Of a stretch of DNA of 32,445 bases, positions 27,716 through 32,445 are shown one piece after another (position 1 is the stretch's first letter; each line of letters starts with the position of its first letter). Made by a program: the position numbers and the translations under genes. The stretch lies in IMG/VR virus record IMGVR_UViG_3300031999_000124, positions 1 through 32,445 of that record; one strand, 5' to 3'. Source of the stretch: a virus (lineage: Duplodnaviria; Caudoviricetes). A model generated the notes under the pieces. That model made no database searches and was not told the origin of the DNA. It worked only from the letters and a program-made list of their open reading frames with translations.

Positions 27716-27946
27716 ATGAATACAATCACCACCAAAAGATTTGTGATTAGAAAATCATTAATCGGAACTAACACAGTAATTAGTTTCACCAACAACAAAT
27801 CAGTCGTGTGTACTTACAACCATGACAAAGTGTATGAACAACTTAAAGATAAGTTCGACAGTATGCCGTGCTTCGCTAAGTATGGTAGTTACACTAACAC
27901 TAACGATCTACCTGTGTTTGTGAGAACACTTAAGGAGTTAGTATAA
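27716..27946 (+). CDS. Early small protein, paralogue A1
   Basis: 76 aa, TTKRFVIRKSLIG family; 63/76 identical to A2 by hand alignment. Confidence 0.85.
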   Translation: MNTITTKRFVIRKSLIGTNTVISFTNNKSVVCTYNHDKVYEQLKDKFDSMPCFAKYGSYTNTNDLPVFVRTLKELV

Positions 27947-27952
27947 TGAACA

Positions 27953-27979
27953 GACCTAAGCAAGTCACTAAACTGCTTA
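27953..27979 (+). ncRNA. Pseudoknot-like structured RNA element, copy 1
   Basis: GAC-C-TAAGCA-A-GTC-ACTAAAC-TGCTTA; covaries with copy 2. Confidence 0.65.
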
Positions 27980-28004
27980 TTTTATTAATCTTAATCTAAT
28001 AATC

Positions 28005-28187
28005 ATGGAACAATTAATTAAGTCTTACGGACAGTATTTAGAAAGTATATCAAGGTCTGATATGTTTAACTCAGAAGGTAATTATAATGAGATATTGGTT
28101 GAATATCATAATAAGTTTAAATGGTATGCAGACAATGGAAATGAACAAGAGAGAATTAAAGCTAACTTTTTATTAAACATAATGTAA
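28005..28187 (+). CDS. Hypothetical early protein
   Basis: 60 aa, AT-rich leader with A at -3. Confidence 0.65.
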   Translation: MEQLIKSYGQYLESISRSDMFNSEGNYNEILVEYHNKFKWYADNGNEQERIKANFLLNIM

Positions 28188-28188
28188 T

Positions 28189-28287
28189 ATGAGATACATA
28201 AAAGCATTCTTCAGTATGATAAAGTATCAACTGATGTTAGGAGCATGGATTGCAGTATACTTTGTGATACGATTTATCATAGGGTAA
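28189..28287 (+). CDS. Single-TM peptide (not in ORF track)
   Basis: MRYIKAFFSMIKYQLMLGAWIAVYFVIRFIIG (32 aa); fills the gap between the previous stop and a terminator. Confidence 0.5.
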   Translation: MRYIKAFFSMIKYQLMLGAWIAVYFVIRFIIG

Positions 28288-28293
28288 TTAATT

Positions 28294-28323
28294 AAGGGAT
28301 GTCGAAAGGCATCCTTTTTTTTT
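28294..28323 (+). terminator. Rho-independent terminator
   Basis: GGATGTC-GAAA-GGCATCC followed by T9. Confidence 0.9.
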
Positions 28324-28335
28324 ACGAGTAATTTC

Positions 28336-28380
28336 TGCTATACACACACGGACTTACGCGTTTTACAGTCAGATAATATA
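28336..28380 (+). promoter_or_regulatory. Early element 2
   Basis: TGCTATACACACACGG-N20-GATAATATA. Confidence 0.8.
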
Positions 28381-28425
28381 ACTGAAGATTAATTCTGATC
28401 TTTATAACCTTAATACCATATTACC

Positions 28426-28659
28426 ATGTCAAACACAATCACTACAAAAAGATTCGTTATCAGAAGAAGTCTTATTGGAACAAACACTGTTATTTCTTTT
28501 ACTAATAACAAAAATGAGTTAATGACTTACGACCATGACAAAGTCTATAACGCACTAAAAGACAAGTTTGAAGCGATGCCCTGTTTCGCTAAATACAACT
28601 CTTACACTAACACTAATAACTTACCAGTATTTGTTAGAAATCTTAAAGAGTTAGTATAA
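28426..28659 (+). CDS. Early small protein, paralogue A2
   Basis: 77 aa, same family as 27716 and 29637. Confidence 0.85.
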   Translation: MSNTITTKRFVIRRSLIGTNTVISFTNNKNELMTYDHDKVYNALKDKFEAMPCFAKYNSYTNTNNLPVFVRNLKELV

Positions 28660-28665
28660 TTAAAT

Positions 28666-28692
28666 GACCTAGACAAGTCACTAAACTGTCTA
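28666..28692 (+). ncRNA. Pseudoknot-like structured RNA element, copy 2
   Basis: GAC-C-TAGACA-A-GTC-ACTAAAC-TGTCTA. Confidence 0.65.
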
Positions 28693-28700
28693 TTTTACTA

Positions 28701-28734
28701 CACGGACTCACAGGATATGTGGTCAGATAATATA
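28701..28734 (+). promoter_or_regulatory. Early element 3
   Basis: CACGG-N20-GATAATATA without the TGCTATACAC box. Confidence 0.75.
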
Positions 28735-28757
28735 TTAAACCTTTAAATATTTATACC

Positions 28758-29009
28758 ATGAAAAAATTAATTAAATTACTTAAGAATCAGTTTCCTTATT
28801 CCAGTAACCAAGATCCAGAAAAATACATGGAAATGGTAATGGATTTTATTTACGAAGAAATTAAACCAGAATTAATACCTACTGAAGAAGAGGATATAAC
28901 TGATGAGGTATATGGTTCAGGTTTATTTAATAGGTATTTCGACCTGTTAGGGGACGACGACCATTCTTGTTTAATATCCGATATTACCGAGTTTATTAAA
29001 AACAGGTAA
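28758..29009 (+). CDS. Acidic early protein
   Basis: 83 aa, D/E-rich centre, with its own promoter element and terminator. Confidence 0.75.
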   Translation: MKKLIKLLKNQFPYSSNQDPEKYMEMVMDFIYEEIKPELIPTEEEDITDEVYGSGLFNRYFDLLGDDDHSCLISDITEFIKNR

Positions 29010-29024
29010 TAAAACTTAAATAAT

Positions 29025-29043
29025 ACCCTCGAAAGGGGGTTTT
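29025..29043 (+). terminator. Rho-independent terminator
   Basis: ACCCTC-GAAA-GGGGGT followed by TTT. Confidence 0.7.
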
Positions 29044-29047
29044 ACTT

Positions 29048-29093
29048 TGCTATACACTTCACGGATTTACAACATTTATAGCGAGATAATATA
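29048..29093 (+). promoter_or_regulatory. Early element 4
   Basis: TGCTATACACTTCACGG-N20-GATAATATA. Confidence 0.8.
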
Positions 29094-29127
29094 CTTGAAT
29101 TTAATAATAACTTAATACCTATTTACC

Positions 29128-29418
29128 ATGAAATCAACTAAAAACTATCCTTTCACTCAACAAGAGATGTTGGATTTTAGAAACTTAAACATTGAAGAGG
29201 TGGATATTCTAATACTTAAATATAGTAGTGGAATATACGACCTATTATTTAAAGAAGATTTACTAACCTTTGAGTATAATGAAGATTATGACCTATCTAT
29301 GACTCATACTTACGAGTTATTTAGTGATTGTGAGTTTGAAGAATTACTTGATAACAGTGAAAACACTAGTGAAAGCGATGATAATGGAGTTACTTATGAA
29401 ACACAAGTGATTTACTAA
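29128..29418 (+). CDS. Highly acidic early protein
   Basis: 96 aa; about 23 D/E versus 5 K/R by hand count. Confidence 0.75.
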   Translation: MKSTKNYPFTQQEMLDFRNLNIEEVDILILKYSSGIYDLLFKEDLLTFEYNEDYDLSMTHTYELFSDCEFEELLDNSENTSESDDNGVTYETQVIY

Positions 29419-29433
29419 AATAATCCACTAAAT

Positions 29434-29456
29434 AAGGTCACTACGGTGGCCTTTTT
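29434..29456 (+). terminator. Rho-independent terminator
   Basis: GGTCAC-TACG-GTGGCC followed by T5. Confidence 0.85.
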
Positions 29457-29543
29457 ACTCTACTTAATTGTGGAATTGGCAGGCAGAGCCGACTTTTGTC
29501 CTTACTATTTACTATTAATAGTCAAATATCATGGTGATTACTA

Positions 29544-29589
29544 TGCTATACACTACACGGACTTAATATTTTAATGGTCGGATAATATA
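29544..29589 (+). promoter_or_regulatory. Early element 5
   Basis: TGCTATACACTACACGG-N20-GATAATATA. Confidence 0.8.
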
Positions 29590-29636
29590 TTCGAAGTTTA
29601 AATAATTATACTTCATAACCTTTTAAATAAATTACC

Positions 29637-29942
29637 ATGACAAAGTCAAAAAACTCAGCAGTCGTAGCAAAAACCATCGCTCCTGCAACTTCAACAGTAA
29701 CAACTGTTACTAAAAACGCTATAACGACTAAACGCTTCGTTATTCGCAAGTCATTAATTGGAAGTAATACTGTAATTAGTTTTACTAATAACAAGTCAGT
29801 AGTATGTACTTATGACCACGACTTAGTATATAACGCTTTTAAAGCGAAATTTGACTTAATGCCTTGCTTCGAAAAGTACGGAAGTTATACTAATACTAAT
29901 AATCTTCCCGCTTTCGTTAGAGCGTTACCAGAATTAGTATAA
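29637..29942 (+). CDS. Early small protein, paralogue A3 (N-terminally extended)
   Basis: 101 aa; 61/75 identical to the A1 core, plus a ~25-aa T/A/V/K-rich extension. Confidence 0.85.
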   Translation: MTKSKNSAVVAKTIAPATSTVTTVTKNAITTKRFVIRKSLIGSNTVISFTNNKSVVCTYDHDLVYNAFKAKFDLMPCFEKYGSYTNTNNLPAFVRALPELV

Positions 29943-29952
29943 TTAATTAATC

Positions 29953-29979
29953 AAAGTCACCTTCGGGTGGCTTTTTTTT
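29953..29979 (+). terminator. Rho-independent terminator
   Basis: GTCACC-TTCG-GGTGGC followed by T8. Confidence 0.9.
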
Positions 29980-30016
29980 ATTTATTTTTAAGTAATATAA
30001 TCACTACAAGAAACTA

Positions 30017-30060
30017 TGACAATAGCCCCTTACTCTTTCCTAATTAATAGCCTAATGTCA
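30017..30060. repeat. TGACA...TGTCA element, copy 2
   Basis: TGACAATAGCCCCTTACTCTTTCCTAATTAATAGCCTAATGTCA. Confidence 0.8.
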
Positions 30061-30115
30061 CACTTTTTACTGATTAACTGTATGGTGTTCCATTTCTGTT
30101 TCTTGCAAGTTGAAG

Positions 30116-30162
30116 TGCTATACACCACACGGCACTATTTAATAATAAAGTCGGATAATATA
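30116..30162 (+). promoter_or_regulatory. Early element 6
   Basis: TGCTATACACCACACGG-N21-GATAATATA. Confidence 0.75.
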
Positions 30163-30197
30163 CCCAGTTAAAAATTAATAATTAAACACTTTACACC

Positions 30198-30356
30198 ATG
30201 ACTAAATTAGTTAAAAAATTGCTCGACAAGTTTTCCAACAAGAGATTTGGAATGACTCCATTAAATGAAGAACATTACCAACTATTACTGGTAGAATTCT
30301 TGAATGAAGTTGGCTTTATTGAGGTAGAAGTATCTTCTAAGCCAGATAGAGACTGA
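30198..30356 (+). CDS. Small early protein (not in ORF track)
   Basis: MTKLVKKLLDKFSNKRFGMTPLNEEHYQLLLVEFLNEVGFIEVEVSSKPDRD (52 aa); ACC-ATG start after element 6. Confidence 0.7.
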   Translation: MTKLVKKLLDKFSNKRFGMTPLNEEHYQLLLVEFLNEVGFIEVEVSSKPDRD

Positions 30357-30419
30357 TAGAGAGACAGTAATATACTCTCAGTACTATTTATTCTTATAAA
30401 CATTTTAACACCTTAAACC

Positions 30420-30665
30420 ATGCAAGAATTACTCAACAAGATTTCCACAATTAAAGGAATTATAGACTATTCCATAGAACCAGGTTACTGGCAAGATGAA
30501 ACAGGTGAAGAAGTCCCTGTTAACTTAATAATATTAACTCATTCTTTCGATGCTTTCGATGACTTCATTTACCAAGGTTTACTTGATATATTTCCAGAAA
30601 ACACTGATGAGTATGAAGATGATGAAGATTATTATACTTCAACTTTCATAAATTACGAAGTTTAA
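30420..30665 (+). CDS. Highly acidic early protein
   Basis: 81 aa; about 20 D/E versus 2 K. Confidence 0.75.
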   Translation: MQELLNKISTIKGIIDYSIEPGYWQDETGEEVPVNLIILTHSFDAFDDFIYQGLLDIFPENTDEYEDDEDYYTSTFINYEV

Positions 30666-30670
30666 TTCCG

Positions 30671-30704
30671 CACGATACTATTTAATATTTAGTCGGATAA
30701 TATA
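30671..30704 (+). promoter_or_regulatory. Early element 7
   Basis: CACGA-N20-GATAATATA. Confidence 0.7.
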
Positions 30705-30746
30705 TTCGAAATTAATTTATATTTAACCCTTTAATACCACTTTAAA

Positions 30747-30953
30747 ATGACTACAAAAATTCCAAGTTTCAAGCGCAGAGAAACAACTATTTATTTAAAC
30801 AAAGTTAAATACACTGGTTTTCCAATTGGTTACTTACCAAAGCGATTTGCCTTCATCTATGACCAAGAAAATGACCAAGAAGGTCTGTACTCGTGGTTCA
30901 ACTACAAAGGTTTAACCTATATTAACGCTAACGACCTTAAAACTGGTTGGTAA
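30747..30953 (+). CDS. Hypothetical early protein
   Basis: 68 aa, aromatic-rich, after element 7. Confidence 0.7.
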   Translation: MTTKIPSFKRRETTIYLNKVKYTGFPIGYLPKRFAFIYDQENDQEGLYSWFNYKGLTYINANDLKTGW

Positions 30954-30966
30954 AATAAATATAACT

Positions 30967-31134
30967 ATGTATATAACAGTATTAGACTACGAAAGTGGCA
31001 AAGTAATAATCGAACAAGTCGAAGATATAATAGACTACGAAGAGTATGTAGATGATAACTATGGATTAAAGAATTGTCACTACATGACTACAGAGAAATT
31101 AGACTTAAATATTTTAACCATTAAAGATAAATAG
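30967..31134 (+). CDS. Small acidic protein (not in ORF track)
   Basis: MYITVLDYESGKVIIEQVEDIIDYEEYVDDNYGLKNCHYMTTEKLDLNILTIKDK (55 aa); fills the gap exactly. Confidence 0.7.
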   Translation: MYITVLDYESGKVIIEQVEDIIDYEEYVDDNYGLKNCHYMTTEKLDLNILTIKDK

Positions 31135-31135
31135 T

Positions 31136-31387
31136 ATGTCACCAGACGCTTTAAAAGCCCACAAGTATTGTAAAGAGTACAAGAAAAATAAATTAAACGA
31201 GCATAAAATTGCTCACGCATCAGAACGACCATGTAGTGGTCTAACTAGTCAGGAATGGATGTTAATGTCTGTTCGTCAGAAATCTACTTTTAAAAAGAGT
31301 AAGAGGTTTAGTTGTAATCGACTATGGAACCACCTAAGCGTTCCAACAGAGCAAGGATTTTTAACACTAACAATTAAAGTAATTTAA
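31136..31387 (+). CDS. Basic hypothetical protein
   Basis: 83 aa in a tightly packed operon. Confidence 0.65.
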   Translation: MSPDALKAHKYCKEYKKNKLNEHKIAHASERPCSGLTSQEWMLMSVRQKSTFKKSKRFSCNRLWNHLSVPTEQGFLTLTIKVI

Positions 31388-31388
31388 A

Positions 31389-31781
31389 ATGGCACAACTA
31401 GTAGAAATTAACAGAGAGTCTAAAGAAGTTTATGAAGCTACATTATGTAGTAAAATACCAAAGAAATACAGAAACGACTTCTTTGCAGAATTATTAAGAC
31501 AACGAGGTAAAATAGCGGCAGCTTATTTCTTGATAGACGATGACGAAGGTATATTAGCAGAAGCATTCGACTGGCAAGAATCAGTTAAAGGTAAAGAGTT
31601 CTGGAGTAATCTAGAAAACGAGATGCTTACTAAAGCAGGTATGATAGTAGTTAAAAAAGAAGACGCTATGTTAGATATATGCTCTGAAAAATTAAATAAT
31701 ATCATAGACAAACGTAGCGAAGAATTAGCTGCTATACACGCTGATATGAGAAAATTATTAGAATTATTAAAACAAGTATAA
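31389..31781 (+). CDS. Hypothetical protein
   Basis: 130 aa; AFDWQESVKGKEFW motif and C-terminal coiled coil. Confidence 0.7.
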   Translation: MAQLVEINRESKEVYEATLCSKIPKKYRNDFFAELLRQRGKIAAAYFLIDDDEGILAEAFDWQESVKGKEFWSNLENEMLTKAGMIVVKKEDAMLDICSEKLNNIIDKRSEELAAIHADMRKLLELLKQV

Positions 31782-31783
31782 CC

Positions 31784-31903
31784 ATGGCAGAACAAGAAAG
31801 GTTTGAGAGAATATCTAGATTTCATGAGTGGATGCTTAAAATAGGTAATGTATACTTACATAGTAATCCTATGATGGAAAGTGCTTATAATAGAGTAGAA
31901 TAA
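31784..31903 (+). CDS. Tiny protein (not in ORF track)
   Basis: MAEQERFERISRFHEWMLKIGNVYLHSNPMMESAYNRVE (39 aa); ACC-ATG start 2 nt after the previous stop. Confidence 0.6.
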   Translation: MAEQERFERISRFHEWMLKIGNVYLHSNPMMESAYNRVE

Positions 31904-31953
31904 TAACTGTCTTGGTAATGCAGTTTGGTGGATCGTAGTAATACGGTCGGGTA

Positions 31954-32015
31954 AGTCAGGTGAATTGGTTCGGTAGGCTGAAAACTACAAGTGGGTTCGA
32001 CTCCCACCCTGACTA
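31954..32015 (+). tRNA. Miniature/atypical tRNA-like gene (Phe-like loop)
   Basis: Acceptor stem AGTCAGG/CCTGACT; T-arm GTGGG-TTCGACT-CCCAC; reduced D-arm GAA-TTGG-TTC; anticodon arm GTAG-GCTGAAAA-CTAC; only 62 nt. Confidence 0.6.
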
Positions 32016-32035
32016 CTAATTTTAAATTTATATAT

Positions 32036-32206
32036 ATGAGTGCAATGGCTAGGTTAAACCAGTTAGCATCGGAAGTATACGGTGCGAAAGAATTTGTTAC
32101 ATTAACTAAATTTGAACAAGAATTAGTTACAAGTCTTTACGAGTTAGATGACACGTTTGACCCCACGGACTTTAAATTAATCGAGTGGGATAATATATAT
32201 GAATAA
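32036..32206 (+). CDS. Hypothetical protein (start revised to ATG 32036)
   Basis: The track's GTG start lies inside the tRNA-like T-arm; the ATG after an AT-rich leader gives 56 aa. Confidence 0.6.
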   Translation: MSAMARLNQLASEVYGAKEFVTLTKFEQELVTSLYELDDTFDPTDFKLIEWDNIYE

Positions 32207-32219
32207 AAAATAATATACT

Positions 32220-32408
32220 ATGTATTGTAAATGTGGCAAAGAGTTGCACAAAGTCAGAGTAGACTTAGGATATAAGTCATGCGTAGGTTGTTCTCAGGTT
32301 AAGACGTACAGTTACGTACCTATAATAGAACATAAAACAGGTAATACAATTCAAATTGTAAGTCAAGAATTAAGCGCTACTATACATAAGTCATGGAGGC
32401 GTAAGTAA
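32220..32408 (+). CDS. DksA/TraR-like C4 zinc-finger protein
   Basis: CKCG...HKVR...CVGC pattern. Confidence 0.6.
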   Translation: MYCKCGKELHKVRVDLGYKSCVGCSQVKTYSYVPIIEHKTGNTIQIVSQELSATIHKSWRRK

Positions 32409-32445
32409 CAAGTTGGTTGTGGTTGGCCTGGTAAGCCGGTAAATT

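Noticed and set aside
29469-29522. tRNA D-loop-like GTGGAATTGGCAG and palindrome ACTATTAATAGT
   Set aside because: No T-arm or acceptor stem; a short AT-rich palindrome is expected by chance.
30352-30382. Possible hammerhead ribozyme (CTGATAGA...)
   Set aside because: The core should be CTGANGA with a downstream GAAA and three stems; only a weak hairpin is present.
27566-30704. CRISPR or guide-RNA array interpretation of the conserved-N20-conserved repeats
   Set aside because: Copies are hundreds of bases apart and separated by genes. The N20 is partly conserved and AT-rich, and no Cas or other guide-binding effector is visible. A promoter fits better.
31730-31740. TGCTATACACG inside the 130-aa ORF, and CACACGG at 27157
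   Set aside because: Neither has GATAATATA at the required spacing; treated as chance or partial matches.
29606-31825. Minus-strand ORFs 29606-29794 and 31523-31825
   Set aside because: Antisense to paralogue A3 and the 130-aa gene.

Overview
This is an AT-rich tailed-phage genome segment. The host is most likely a Bacteroidota (Flavobacteriia-type) bacterium, and the head module is crAss-like in gene order and protein sizes. Bases 1-27122 are a minus-strand late region containing: ring/tail proteins, major capsid protein, acidic scaffold-like protein, portal, TerL/TerS, a tandem-GroES-like protein, a GroEL/GroES pair, a lysis cassette (two holin-like peptides, a DUF5675-type endolysin candidate, a unimolecular spanin), tail fibres, and a cluster of basic, probably capsid-internal proteins ending in an R-S-E ADP-ribosyltransferase. 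A ~590-bp non-coding strand-switch region follows, possibly the genome end. The plus-strand early region after it is built of repeated units: a conserved [TGCTATACAC]..CACGG-N20-GATAATATA element, one to several tiny genes, then a terminator or a covarying pseudoknot-like RNA. It includes three paralogues of one ~76-aa protein, several very acidic proteins and a shrunken tRNA-like gene. The main leads are (i) the early cassette array with its protein plus pseudoknot RNA unit and (ii) late effector genes bracketed by direct repeats and sharing leader motifs. All calls come from reading the sequence by eye; no searches were run.
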